Assembly (NCBI GenBank): GCA_934149075.1
Contig: CAKPDR010000001.1
Span: forward strand, 84,060 to 148,059
From: an uncultured Clostridia bacterium
GTDB lineage: Bacteria; Bacillota; Clostridia; TANB77; CAG-508
Direction of reading: 5' to 3'
DNA length: 64,000 bases
Part shown: positions 45,710-55,837 of the stretch, piece by piece
Layout: the number at the start of each line of letters is the position of its first letter
Numbering within the stretch: the stretch's first letter is position 1
The notes under the pieces: model-generated
Told to the model about the DNA's origin: nothing
The model's input: the letters and a program-made list of their open reading frames with translations, nothing else
Databases searched by the model: none
Program-made: the position numbers and the translations under genes

Positions 45710-46939
45710 CTATTTTCCTAAAAATAATATATTAATCGTATTTATTATTAATGTAATAATTAATATAATTGTAATTGCAACATTATTCTTAGCACTTTTT
45801 TCTATATTCATTTCTTTATATAAAATATCATATTTGTTTTTAGTGTCAAAATAAATTGTATTTAAATCTAAGACTTCTTTTAAATTTTGATAATATAATG
45901 AGCCAGTATCTTCTGATGTCACTTCATTTACCCATAATGTTTGAGTAAAATCAATAAACTCTTTTCTTACTTTATTTATATTTGTTCCTTGTCTAAAATT
46001 TAAGTTAATTTTTGTTAAATAAATTTTGGTATAAAATGCTAATATATATGTATATAAATATTGTTCCTCAAATAAATGTGGAAATATTGTATAATTGTTC
46101 ATGTCACAACTTGAACTAAACAATGTCACTCCTTGTTTAGTTACTCCTAATTTTGCATATTTCCATTTAGATATTACTTTCATATCTTCCTTTGAATAAT
46201 TTACACTATTATCATTTGGTAAAATGTTCAAAAATCTCATATAACTGCTACGTATTTGATCAAATTCAGTAGCACTATTCCAGTTTTCTTGATCAATACA
46301 TACATAAGAAAAAGTTAAAAATCTTTCTGTATCTATGTCAAGCTTAATTGATTCTGTTGTTGGCCCTGTTAAACTTTCTATAAATTCTTTGAAGTATTTT
46401 ACATCATCAAAACAATCTGTTTGAACTCTTATATTATCATAATTATTCATATTCAAAAATTCCTGATTAATATCTCTAAACTTATAGTTAAAGTTTAATA
46501 CATCTGAAAATTTATTACTTCCTTCAATATTGGTTTTAATACATAAAAAACATATTCCTGTATTAAAACATATTATTTCGATCTTTGGTATTTTGAAAAA
46601 TATTCCATTTCTTTCATCAGTTTTTCCTTGTATATCATTTTTTATTGTATATTCAAATATTGTACAAGGATTTTTTGCTAAAACTGCCGCTTTAGTGTCT
46701 AATGGTAATTCATCTAGTCTAGCTAACCTTGTTTTACTTAAATTGAAACTGCTAAACATATAATTTCTTTCTCTATGTGAGAAATACGAATATATATTTA
46801 AATCTTTTTCTTTTCTAAATATTCTTAATTTACAATTTTTATCTTTTAATAGTTTTAATAAATATTTTGCATATCTATTTTCTTTTATTACATAAGGGTA
46901 TATAAAGTATGTATATTGATATTTTGTCTTTAGCTCCAT
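45710..46939 (-). CDS. Hypothetical tail-anchored protein (409 aa; soluble N-terminal domain, single C-terminal TM)
   Basis: ORF track. C-terminus NNVAITIILIITLIINTINILFLGK. No motif recognised. Confidence 0.55.
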   Translation of the reverse strand: MELKTKYQYTYFIYPYVIKENRYAKYLLKLLKDKNCKLRIFRKEKDLNIYSYFSHRERNYMFSSFNLSKTRLARLDELPLDTKAAVLAKNPCTIFEYTIKNDIQGKTDERNGIFFKIPKIEIICFNTGICFLCIKTNIEGSNKFSDVLNFNYKFRDINQEFLNMNNYDNIRVQTDCFDDVKYFKEFIESLTGPTTESIKLDIDTERFLTFSYVCIDQENWNSATEFDQIRSSYMRFLNILPNDNSVNYSKEDMKVISKWKYAKLGVTKQGVTLFSSSCDMNNYTIFPHLFEEQYLYTYILAFYTKIYLTKINLNFRQGTNINKVRKEFIDFTQTLWVNEVTSEDTGSLYYQNLKEVLDLNTIYFDTKNKYDILYKEMNIEKSAKNNVAITIILIITLIINTINILFLGK

Positions 46940-46999
46940 ATATTATTACATTCCTCTCTCCAGTTAGAAAGTTTTTTTCATTTACTTTCTATCTTCTGG

Positions 47000-48517
47000 T
47001 TATTTTTCACAATAGTAATTCATATTTAAATCTTCTCCTAAGTGCCATTTTCCTATAAAGTCAATTTTTAAATTATTTTCTAAATTGTATTTTGGTTCTA
47101 TGCTTTCTTTTCCTTCTTTATCTATTGAACCCCATAGTCCATCTTTTTTTACTGCTGCATATCCATATTGATTTTGTTCGGTGGCATCATCATATATGTA
47201 TTCTGTTATAGCATTTCCCTTTTTATCAACAAATCCGTATTTACCATCTTTTTTACTTAAAAATATTGTATTATTTTTAAGAGCTTCAATATTTGATATC
47301 TCTTCACCTTTTAAATTATAGTATTTATAATCATCATCAACTCTCATTCTTATGTACTCTTCATCTGTATTTATTTCAGATAATATTCCTGTTGCCTTTA
47401 TATTGTATTGATTATCTATTATTGATGTTTTATATTCTGAGTCATCTGCCAAAAACAATTTTGCTTTTTCATTATAAGTTATTATTTGATACTCAAATGG
47501 TATTTGAATATTTCCTACATTATCTATAATTCCGTATTTATCATTTTGTTTTGCTATATAAATTCCATTGTTGGCTTCTTTTAAATCTTGATATTCAGCT
47601 TCGAGTACAATTTCACCTGATGTGTTCATTTCTCCAAATAAATTGTTTTTTTCGAAAATTATTCCATTTGTTGTTACAGATTTTATTTGATCAAATCCAT
47701 TTTCAATTACTGTTTCACCTTTTGAATTTATAAGCTTAACCTTTCCATCTTCTTTTACTTGATAGTATTCTTTTAATGCAACTTGTGATATTTCATCATA
47801 TTTATTATCTAATATTTGTTTTTTTGTTGCACTTATCACTCCATATTTTCCTTGTTCATCAATTGTTATATATCCATCTTTATATGTATCACCTAGTTTT
47901 TTTATTTCTTTATAATTACATTCTATTATAATACTTCCTGTGTCATTTACTAATCCTATTTTATCAGCCTTTTTTATTAATATACTGTTTTCTGTGCCAT
48001 CTAGTACTGTTATTTCATCATACTCTACTGGCAATATCTCTTTTCCAAGTAAATCTATTAGACCATATTTTCCATTTTTCTTTACTCTTAAAACATTCTC
48101 CTCATACCACACATTACCATTTTTGTCCATATTATCTAATGCTTCTATTTGATCATATCCAGTTAAAATTTCTTCATTATTACTATTTACTGCTTTTGTT
48201 TGATATGTCCCATTTTCTTCATTTACATTATATGTACATATAAAAACTTCTTTTGTTTTATCAGGTATTACTATCATTTCTTGATATGATGGCTGAATCA
48301 CCTCTTCTCCTTCTTGATTTATAACTCCCCATTTGTTTTGTGCATATAATGCAAAATATTCATACTCCTTTTTTATTTCTTTTCTTTCTTTCAGCACATT
48401 TCTTATTATAAATATGAACATTATTACAACTGCAATCGCAATAATAACTGCAAATACCTTCTGATAGTTCAGTTTTCCTTCTGTTTCATATCTTTTTCCC
48501 CTTGCCATATTTTTCAT
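47000..48517 (-). CDS. WG-repeat (KWG-type beta-propeller-like) protein with an N-terminal membrane anchor
   Basis: At least 6 repeats of the form KYG(L/V/I)ID..G..I.P.YD.I (for example KYGLIDLLGKEILPVEYDEI and KYGFVDKKGNAITEYIYDDA). TM FAVIIAIAVVIMFIFII. Confidence 0.7.
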   Translation of the reverse strand: MKNMARGKRYETEGKLNYQKVFAVIIAIAVVIMFIFIIRNVLKERKEIKKEYEYFALYAQNKWGVINQEGEEVIQPSYQEMIVIPDKTKEVFICTYNVNEENGTYQTKAVNSNNEEILTGYDQIEALDNMDKNGNVWYEENVLRVKKNGKYGLIDLLGKEILPVEYDEITVLDGTENSILIKKADKIGLVNDTGSIIIECNYKEIKKLGDTYKDGYITIDEQGKYGVISATKKQILDNKYDEISQVALKEYYQVKEDGKVKLINSKGETVIENGFDQIKSVTTNGIIFEKNNLFGEMNTSGEIVLEAEYQDLKEANNGIYIAKQNDKYGIIDNVGNIQIPFEYQIITYNEKAKLFLADDSEYKTSIIDNQYNIKATGILSEINTDEEYIRMRVDDDYKYYNLKGEEISNIEALKNNTIFLSKKDGKYGFVDKKGNAITEYIYDDATEQNQYGYAAVKKDGLWGSIDKEGKESIEPKYNLENNLKIDFIGKWHLGEDLNMNYYCEK

Positions 48518-48675
48518 TCCTTGTATGTATATTTAGGTTTTTATGGATGCCTATAAACCATTTTATTCTATTTTAATATATATTTTTTTACATGTATAAT
48601 ATATCACAAAACTTTTTTGGTTACAAGCAATTTTCTATTTTTTCTAAAAAAATAGAGCTCACAAAAATATGAACT

Positions 48676-49047
48676 CTATTTTACTTTTTTATATTTAGCA
48701 ACTTGTTGTTCTTTAGATTTGATTGTTCTTTTTAAATCTTCAATTTGTTTATCATATAACATACACAAAGAATTAATTTGTTCTTGAGTCAAATCGCTAT
48801 CAGCAATTTCTCCTCTACGATATCTTCTTTGAAGTTCAAAAAGCACTGTTTCCTCGTCTTCTGTTCTTTTTATATATTCTCTGAAATTATAACTTTTTTC
48901 AGCTTCTTCTAGTACAGATTCATCTATTTCGTTTTCAGTATTCTCTTCTTTTTTACTAAATATTTTTCTAAAAAAACTTTTTATCTTTCCAAATATATTA
49001 TTTTCGTTTCTTTCAATTAAATTTTTTTCTTGAGTATTATCTTTCAT
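48676..49047 (-). CDS. Hypothetical charged/coiled-coil protein (123 aa)
   Basis: ORF track only. Confidence 0.45.
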   Translation of the reverse strand: MKDNTQEKNLIERNENNIFGKIKSFFRKIFSKKEENTENEIDESVLEEAEKSYNFREYIKRTEDEETVLFELQRRYRRGEIADSDLTQEQINSLCMLYDKQIEDLKRTIKSKEQQVAKYKKVK

Positions 49048-49051
49048 AATT

Positions 49052-49210
49052 TTATTCTCCTATTTCATTATCATCTTTAGAAATAATTTCTTCAAGTTCA
49101 GCTGTAACTTGTTTGTCTTTTTCTTCTAGCATTTCTGCTTCTGCTTTTCTTCTATGTAAGTCTTCGATTGTAAAGTTTCTTTCTTCTGTTTCTAACATAT
49201 TCTTCTCCAT
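49052..49210 (-). CDS. Small acidic hypothetical protein (52 aa), translationally coupled to the downstream gene
   Basis: Hand-found ORF MEKNMLETEERNFTIEDLHRRKAEAEMLEEKDKQVTAELEEIISKDDNEIGE after GGAGGAG. Its stop lies 4 nt before the next start. Confidence 0.4.
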   Translation of the reverse strand: MEKNMLETEERNFTIEDLHRRKAEAEMLEEKDKQVTAELEEIISKDDNEIGE

Positions 49211-49287
49211 ATAAACTCCTCCCTTGTATAATAAAAGTATATAACATCTCTTTTAGAATTTCAACACTTTTTATGAAATTTTATTAT

Positions 49288-49415
49288 TTACCAGTAGGGA
49301 CACCCATCTTTGGTAAAAAATGTTACCAGAAGGGACACCCTTCATCGCCAAAATGTTGTAAATGGTGTCCCCGGTGGTAAAAAATTTTACCACTAATGAG
49401 TGTCCCCAGTGGTAA
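49288..49415. repeat. REP-like cluster E: 2 forward plus 2 reverse units forming a 128-bp composite palindromic element
   Basis: 49288-49316, 49323-49340, 49360-49380(rev) and 49387-49415(rev). Confidence 0.9.
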
Positions 49416-51807
49416 ATAATTTACAAACAATTATACTCATATCATCCTTTGCAATCCCATAACTATTATCAATCGCCTCATTTAATATTAAATCGGCTAT
49501 TTTTTGTGTATTTGTAGTTTCAATATCTTCTAGCATATATTTGACCCAAAGTTCTTTATTTTTATATTCAATATTTGAATCTAAAATTCCGTCACTGCAC
49601 ATTACTAAAATGTCTTGGTTTTCAATGTCCTTGTCATATGTTGTTAAATTTATATCTTTTAAAATTCCTGCCGGCAAGCTTAATGATTTTACAATTTGAA
49701 CTTTTTTCTTATTTTTTACATATGTTGGGCAAGCACCATTTTTTATAAATTCAATTTTTCCATTATATAAGTCTATAATAGCAATATCTAGTGTTGCAAA
49801 TATCTCTTCATTTGTGTTCATAATTGTTGTATTTATTAAGTCTATTGATGTGTCTTTATCAAATCCAGACATCAATAATCTTTCCAACATTTTTATTGCT
49901 ATTTGGCTACTTTTTCTTGCTTCTGGTCCAGTTCCCATTCCATCACTTAATGCTAACAAATATTTTCCGTCGTTTAATCTAATTTGTATAAAACTGTCTC
50001 CTGATACTGGACTTCCATCTTTTATTTTGGTTGCATGTCCTATTTGAATAATGTACTTATCTGCTGATAAATAACTAAATACTCTTTTTCCTTGCTTATT
50101 TAATTTTTTTGTTTTTGCTTCATTTCTCATTAATTTTTCATTTAAGCATTTTTCTAAAACCTTTTGTACTTTGTCAATATCTGTATTTTCACTTGTTTTA
50201 CTATTTTCTTGTAAATATACATCTATAAAATACCTATTATCTTGCTTATTTATTTCTATTCCATCCACCAAAATTTCTTTTATTTCAAGTGCTGTAATAG
50301 CCTTCTTTTTTTCTTCTAGTAAATTATCATCTTGTTTTATTTCTTCTTCTATCTTTACTGCAATGCTTGAAATTGCTTTTGATACTCCATCTAATTGTGC
50401 TTGTACATTTTTCTTATTTGATTTTACTTTTTCTTTCCAGATAAAATTAGATTTACTTACTTTGTATGCATAATTTACTGCTTTTACTATTTGTTCTATG
50501 TCACTGTTCATTCTTTTGCTGATTTTTTCATCATCATATTGAACTATATAATTATTGAATTTTGCAAATGTTTTTAGTAAATCTTCTCTATCTATTTCTT
50601 GCTTGTCTAATAGAATATCAAATAATTCATTTACAATTTCATTTTCTGGTTTTACCATATCTTCATATAGCATATTGTCTTCAAGACCATCAAGATTATT
50701 TAATAATTCTGTTATAAATGATTGTCTATTTTTAAAGTACATATTTGTTTCTGGTTTTTCTTGATATGTATTTGCCATATCTTTTATTGTTTCTGAAACC
50801 ATATTTAACTGATTTATTGTTTCTTTGCTTTGTTCTAGACCTCTTTTATTATATTCAGGTAACATATTATCACTTTTAATAAGTTCTTCTACATCTATTC
50901 CCGCCCATTTTGGAATTGCAAGTAGCCCTAATGATGCAACTAATGCTTCTTTAAATACAACTAAATCCGTTGCTGTTCCTTTTGAGGCATATAACAATAT
51001 TCCATTTCCTATCAAGAATCCTATTATTACACCTAATTTTCCAAATCTATTTAAAAATCCTGCAATCATTCCTGAAATAGCATATACTGCAATTACCATT
51101 GGTTCATTTTGAGCAATTATTCCTAATGTTACTCCTATTGTAACACCTGCTGTTGTTCCTACTAGTACTCCATTTCTCCAACCAAGTATCAATACCATTA
51201 ATATACTTAAAATATTTCTGATTGATAATCCTAATATTGAAAAGTCACCAAATGCTGAAACTGCTATTGATACAAGCAAACTTGCTCCAATTACTTCTTC
51301 TATAGAAAATGCTCTTTTTTCTGTTATTTCTTGTATTACTATCAATGAATTAACAAAAATTTTATAAAATACAACAGAAAATATTGCTAAAGTTATATGT
51401 AATAACATATCACCAATTGTGAATTTTGTTAAAACTAATTTGGCAATCATTACCAATAATATACTTGCAAATACATGCATTGATATTTGCATTTGCTCAT
51501 TTTTGTATTGGTCGTTCTCTTTTGGAGGTTTTATGCATAATAATATTAATAGCATTAATATTATTAATATATAATTTAAAACACCTATGGCTCCAACCCC
51601 TATAAAATTACCAATAAGTCCTGCTACTACAACCATTATGGCAGGTACTCCTCCTGCTAAACTAGCAGCTACTATTGCTATACTAAATGGTGAAACTTCT
51701 TGTCCCATTCCTATTGTTGATATCATAAATGCTATTATATATATAATTATATTCTTTATATTTATTAAATTTTTTAGTATTTCTTTTCCTGTATTTTGTT
51801 TTGACAT
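49393..51807 (-). CDS. spoIIE: Stage II sporulation protein E (polytopic membrane PP2C phosphatase)
   Basis: About 10 N-terminal TM helices, a central domain and a C-terminal PP2C (ALSDGMGTG...MCSDG..., DDMSIIV). The likely start is MSKQNTG after GAGGTGG. The last codons and the TAG stop lie inside REP unit E4. Confidence 0.85.
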   Translation of the reverse strand: MSKQNTGKEILKNLINIKNIIIYIIAFMISTIGMGQEVSPFSIAIVAASLAGGVPAIMVVVAGLIGNFIGVGAIGVLNYILIILMLLILLCIKPPKENDQYKNEQMQISMHVFASILLVMIAKLVLTKFTIGDMLLHITLAIFSVVFYKIFVNSLIVIQEITEKRAFSIEEVIGASLLVSIAVSAFGDFSILGLSIRNILSILMVLILGWRNGVLVGTTAGVTIGVTLGIIAQNEPMVIAVYAISGMIAGFLNRFGKLGVIIGFLIGNGILLYASKGTATDLVVFKEALVASLGLLAIPKWAGIDVEELIKSDNMLPEYNKRGLEQSKETINQLNMVSETIKDMANTYQEKPETNMYFKNRQSFITELLNNLDGLEDNMLYEDMVKPENEIVNELFDILLDKQEIDREDLLKTFAKFNNYIVQYDDEKISKRMNSDIEQIVKAVNYAYKVSKSNFIWKEKVKSNKKNVQAQLDGVSKAISSIAVKIEEEIKQDDNLLEEKKKAITALEIKEILVDGIEINKQDNRYFIDVYLQENSKTSENTDIDKVQKVLEKCLNEKLMRNEAKTKKLNKQGKRVFSYLSADKYIIQIGHATKIKDGSPVSGDSFIQIRLNDGKYLLALSDGMGTGPEARKSSQIAIKMLERLLMSGFDKDTSIDLINTTIMNTNEEIFATLDIAIIDLYNGKIEFIKNGACPTYVKNKKKVQIVKSLSLPAGILKDINLTTYDKDIENQDILVMCSDGILDSNIEYKNKELWVKYMLEDIETTNTQKIADLILNEAIDNSYGIAKDDMSIIVCKLFTTGDTH

Positions 51808-52081
51808 CCTTACCACCTCTTAACCTTTTCATAATATAGCAATATTTTAATCCTTTTCTTTTGTGTTTTTTGTCTTTTTTAGTACTCTACTATAAAAAAG
51901 TTTTTTACATTTTGTGATATTTATTTTTTTCTTTCATTATTTTCTTTTGTTTTGTGATTTCTATTTTATTATAGTTTGTCGAAAATTACAAGTTTTTTTA
52001 ATAATTTATGAAAAAAAGCACATTTTTTATTTTCATACATATAATGTAAATAAAAAACATAAATTGTTTAGAGGTGATACT

Positions 52082-52561
52082 ATGTCTAATAATATGGATG
52101 AGTTATTTGCTAACGTAAAAAAAATGGTTGATAGCGGTAATATCCCTAATGATATAAAACAAATGATGAATAACCTAAATAATTCTAATAGCAATTCCAG
52201 CAATAATAATCATCAAAACCCAAGCATTAATAATACAGATTTAAATAATCTATTAAATCAAATTTCTCCTGAAATGATTAATAATTTAGGCAATATATTA
52301 AATTCCAACAGTTCGGGCTCCTCTCAAGAAAATTCTCAGCCCAATAACTTCAATTTAGATATGAATACAATTATGAAAATGAAATCAATTATGGAAAATA
52401 TGAATAATAAAAATGATCCTCGAGCAAATTTGCTTTATTCTTTGAAACCTTATTTACGTGATAGCAAAAAAGATAAACTTGATCAGTATGTAAATTTACT
52501 TAATGTTTCTAAAATAGCTGAACTTATGAATAAAAATAATAATAACGAAGAAAAAAAATAA
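52082..52561 (+). CDS. Asn-rich low-complexity hypothetical protein (159 aa)
   Basis: The likely start is MSNNMDELF after AGGTGA. The track ORF begins 56 codons upstream in a Phe/Ile-rich stretch that is probably non-coding. Confidence 0.45.
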   Translation: MSNNMDELFANVKKMVDSGNIPNDIKQMMNNLNNSNSNSSNNNHQNPSINNTDLNNLLNQISPEMINNLGNILNSNSSGSSQENSQPNNFNLDMNTIMKMKSIMENMNNKNDPRANLLYSLKPYLRDSKKDKLDQYVNLLNVSKIAELMNKNNNNEEKK

Positions 52562-52599
52562 TTTTATAACCAAACATTATTTATAGAAAGGAGTAACAA

Positions 52600-52938
52600 A
52601 TGCCTATATTTAAATATTATAGTCCTTATAGAAAACCTAATTTTTATAATTATTATAGACCTACTTACAAAAGAAACTATACTCCAATTTCTTATAATAA
52701 CAATTTTTCTAACATCACACCAGTAAATCCTCCCAATCAACAAATAATTGAAAATATTTCCAATTCTGAACAGTCTCGTTCAAAGCAAAAATGTGATGAC
52801 AATGTTTGGTTCGATTTGTTTGGTATAAAATTGTATTTTGATGATGTTCTTATTTTAAGTCTTTTGTTCTTTTTATATAAAGAAGAAGTTAAAGATGAAG
52901 GTCTCTTTCTTGCATTAGCGTTATTACTTATTAGCTAA
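52600..52938 (+). CDS. Tyr/Asn-rich hypothetical protein with a C-terminal hydrophobic segment (112 aa)
   Basis: ORF track. SD AAAGGAG. Confidence 0.45.
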   Translation: MPIFKYYSPYRKPNFYNYYRPTYKRNYTPISYNNNFSNITPVNPPNQQIIENISNSEQSRSKQKCDDNVWFDLFGIKLYFDDVLILSLLFFLYKEEVKDEGLFLALALLLIS

Positions 52939-52943
52939 AAAAT

Positions 52944-52974
52944 GGGGAAAATTGTACCAGGTACAAATTTTCCC
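52944..52974. repeat. 31-bp palindrome, GTACC(A/G)GGTAC-core family (copy F4), between convergent stop codons
   Basis: GGGGAAAATTGTACCAGGTACAAATTTTCCC, 5 nt from each flanking stop codon. Confidence 0.85.
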
Positions 52975-52979
52975 TAATC

Positions 52980-53600
52980 TTATTCTATGACTATTTTATC
53001 ACCATTAACATATATATAGGCATGTTCATATATGTTTTCTTCTTCTCTATCAATTTCCATAACAATATTAGAAATACGCAATTGCACAACATCAAGTGTA
53101 CTAGCAGCAATAATTGCTTCTTTATTTCCTTTTGCTCCTGCATGAGCTAATCCCCTAAGATTACCAATAACAATAATATTATCAGCAGCAATAACCTCAG
53201 CCCCAGAATTAACATCTCCAATTATCACAATACTTCCTTCCACTTCAATTTTTTGTCCAGAACGAAGTGAACCTTTATGAAATGTTGTTTCAGAAGTTCC
53301 AACATCTTTTTTATAACTTCTTGTAATACTATGTAGCCCTAGTGTTGTTGGTGTATCAAAACTTATTTCAACATCAATTTGATTTTTTATAAGTTCTTTT
53401 ATTTCTTCTAATTCTTTATTTTTTAAAATTTTTCCAGTAACTCGAATTGGCGTTTTCTCTTCTTGGTACATTTTTTTTAATTCCATCAATTTCTTTGTTA
53501 ATTCTAATATTATATCATCTTGTGTAGCATTATCTTCTATTTTTATTATTACTTCATCTGTTTTTAAATTTATACTAACATTATTTATCATTTTAAACAT
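52980..53600 (-). CDS. minC: Septum site-determining protein MinC
   Basis: C-terminal beta-helix GSIVIIGDVNSGAEVIAADNIIVIGNLRGLAHAGAKG. Confidence 0.85.
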   Translation of the reverse strand: MFKMINNVSINLKTDEVIIKIEDNATQDDIILELTKKLMELKKMYQEEKTPIRVTGKILKNKELEEIKELIKNQIDVEISFDTPTTLGLHSITRSYKKDVGTSETTFHKGSLRSGQKIEVEGSIVIIGDVNSGAEVIAADNIIVIGNLRGLAHAGAKGNKEAIIAASTLDVVQLRISNIVMEIDREEENIYEHAYIYVNGDKIVIE

Positions 53601-53639
53601 CCTTTCAGCAATTATGTATTATGCGAATTAATTCGTCAA

Positions 53640-55814
53640 TTATCTTATTTGCTCTACAAATGGAACTGCTGTAATGCTCTCATTTATTTCAGTTGTTGCT
53701 ACATTCATTCCAAAATATTGATTAAGAACATCTCTTGCAACTTCTGCTGCATAATTTCCATGTCCACCATTTTCTATCATTACAACAACTGCAACTTCAG
53801 GTTTTTCATATGGTGCAAAACATACAAACCATGCATTAACAAGATCGTTTCCATTTTTATCCTTCCCAGCTTCTGCTGAACCAGTTTTTCCTGCAACTTC
53901 TACTTTAAAGTTTTTAAAAATATTATATGCTGTTCCTCCAGCTTCGCTAGCAGCCATTCTCATTCCTTCTTTTGCAATTGCAATACTTTCTGGATTAACA
54001 CTTATTCCGTCATCCGTATTTTGATTTCCAAGTTCTTCACTAACATACTTTTCTACTTCTTCTCTTGAAACTTCAGTACCATCTGAATTTAATACTGATT
54101 TTATTACAGTCGGATTAACAACAGTTCCTCCATTTGCTACTGATGAAATATATTTTGCTATTTGCATAGGTGTAAAGTTATTATCACCTTGTCCAATTGA
54201 TGCATTCAAAACATCTCCTGGTCCAATCATTTTTCCTGGTCTTATTTTAGAATATGTTTCTCTTGAAGCTACATCTCCAGACTTTTCACTTGGCAATTCT
54301 ATTCCAGTTTTTTTCCCAAGTCCAAAATGCAATGCATATTTGGCCAAGGTATCTATTCCCATTCTGTCACCTGTTTCATAGAAAAAATAGTTACATGAAT
54401 GTTGTAATGCCTGTGTTACATTTAAATATCCATGTCCTCTATGATAACTTGTATAATACCAACATTTAAAACCATCTTTTGTTGCACTTTTGTATTTAGT
54501 GTAAATACCTGTGTCATTAATTTTTTCTTTTGATGTAATAGCTCCTGATTCTAATCCTGCAATTGCCGTTACCATTTTAAATATTGATCCTGGTGCATAT
54601 GCTGATTGTGTTGTCTTATTCAATTGTGGATGTCTTTGATCATCTCTTAAATATGCCCAATTTTCTTGTGATATTCCTCCAACAAACCATTGTGGTTCAA
54701 ATGTAGGATAACTAGCAGTTGCAAGAACCTCTCCTGTGTTTACATTCATTACAACAGCAGATCCTCCTTGTGCATCATATGTTTGAGAAAAACCTCCACT
54801 TCTTATTTTATTTATACAATTTTCTAGTGCATCCTGTGTTACTTTTTGTAGATTTGAATCTATTGTAAGGACAACATCGCTTCCAGCAATCGCATTTTTA
54901 GAAACATATTCTCCAGTAATTGTTCCATCAACAGACATTTCAATTTGTCTTTCTCCATCTTCTCCTTTAAGATATTTTTCAAAAACTGATTCAACACCTG
55001 TTTTTCCAATTATATCATCAATGTCATAATTATCTTTGTTTTCATTATATTCTTCTTCCTTAATTTTACCTGTATATCCTATTACATGTGAAGCCAAATT
55101 TCCAGCTAAATATGTTCTGGCAGCTTTTGTTGAAATACTAATACCTGGGAAGTCACTGTTTCTTTCACTAATCTGAGCAACAACTTCTTCATTAACATTT
55201 GTCGCAATTGTTATTGATTTAGTAGCACTATACCCTGTTGTTGTAATTAAATATCTCATTGAAATTGTTTTTCTGATATCATCTACGTTTTCGCTTTTGA
55301 TTTCATATTTGTCTTTAAATTTATAAAAAGCCTCTTCCGCAGTTGCCTCTTCTGCAATTTTATATTTTTTCTTCCATTCAGTTAATTGTTCTCCATTTAT
55401 CGTGAATTCGAATGGATTTATTTTTATAGGAAATGTATCATTATATCCAATTTGATATTTTTCCAACAAATTAACTAAATTCAACATAGATTTATTAAGT
55501 TCATCATTTGATATATTAGTTTTATAAATTTCTATATTATTTTCCGTTTTTACTCCTGCAATTTCATTGCCTGACCTATCTAGAATAGAGCCTCTAGCAG
55601 CTTTAATTGTTGTTATTCTGGACAGTCTAGTATTTGATTGTTCTCTGTAGCTTTCGCCATTGACTACTTGAAGATTAAATAATTGAACAATTAAAACTAT
55701 TCCAATTAGATAAGCTATAATTGTTATTATATTAAATCTAAAATTTATTTGATCATTTTTTATTTCGTCTCCCCATGATGTTTCTTTATCTAAACTAATT
55801 CGATTGTTCAACAT
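53640..55814 (-). CDS. mrdA: Penicillin-binding protein 2 (class B transpeptidase of the elongasome)
   Basis: SxxK (GSIFK), SxN (HSCN) and KTG (GKTGSAE). Located in the mre operon. Confidence 0.9.
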   Translation of the reverse strand: MLNNRISLDKETSWGDEIKNDQINFRFNIITIIAYLIGIVLIVQLFNLQVVNGESYREQSNTRLSRITTIKAARGSILDRSGNEIAGVKTENNIEIYKTNISNDELNKSMLNLVNLLEKYQIGYNDTFPIKINPFEFTINGEQLTEWKKKYKIAEEATAEEAFYKFKDKYEIKSENVDDIRKTISMRYLITTTGYSATKSITIATNVNEEVVAQISERNSDFPGISISTKAARTYLAGNLASHVIGYTGKIKEEEYNENKDNYDIDDIIGKTGVESVFEKYLKGEDGERQIEMSVDGTITGEYVSKNAIAGSDVVLTIDSNLQKVTQDALENCINKIRSGGFSQTYDAQGGSAVVMNVNTGEVLATASYPTFEPQWFVGGISQENWAYLRDDQRHPQLNKTTQSAYAPGSIFKMVTAIAGLESGAITSKEKINDTGIYTKYKSATKDGFKCWYYTSYHRGHGYLNVTQALQHSCNYFFYETGDRMGIDTLAKYALHFGLGKKTGIELPSEKSGDVASRETYSKIRPGKMIGPGDVLNASIGQGDNNFTPMQIAKYISSVANGGTVVNPTVIKSVLNSDGTEVSREEVEKYVSEELGNQNTDDGISVNPESIAIAKEGMRMAASEAGGTAYNIFKNFKVEVAGKTGSAEAGKDKNGNDLVNAWFVCFAPYEKPEVAVVVMIENGGHGNYAAEVARDVLNQYFGMNVATTEINESITAVPFVEQIR

Positions 55815-55837
55815 TTCACCAACTTTCTTTTTCTAAT

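Noticed and set aside
31286-49415. Whether the GGGACACCC/TTACCA repeat clusters are CRISPR arrays
   Set aside because: The units occur in both orientations within a cluster, are separated by only 6-25 nt rather than unique 30-40 nt spacers, form at most 5 units, and no cas genes are present. The architecture fits REP/BIME-like elements instead.
51914-52081. N-terminal 56 codons of the 215-aa track ORF
   Set aside because: This is a Phe/Ile-rich stretch without an SD. A proper SD plus ATG occurs at 52082, so the upstream part is probably an open non-coding frame.
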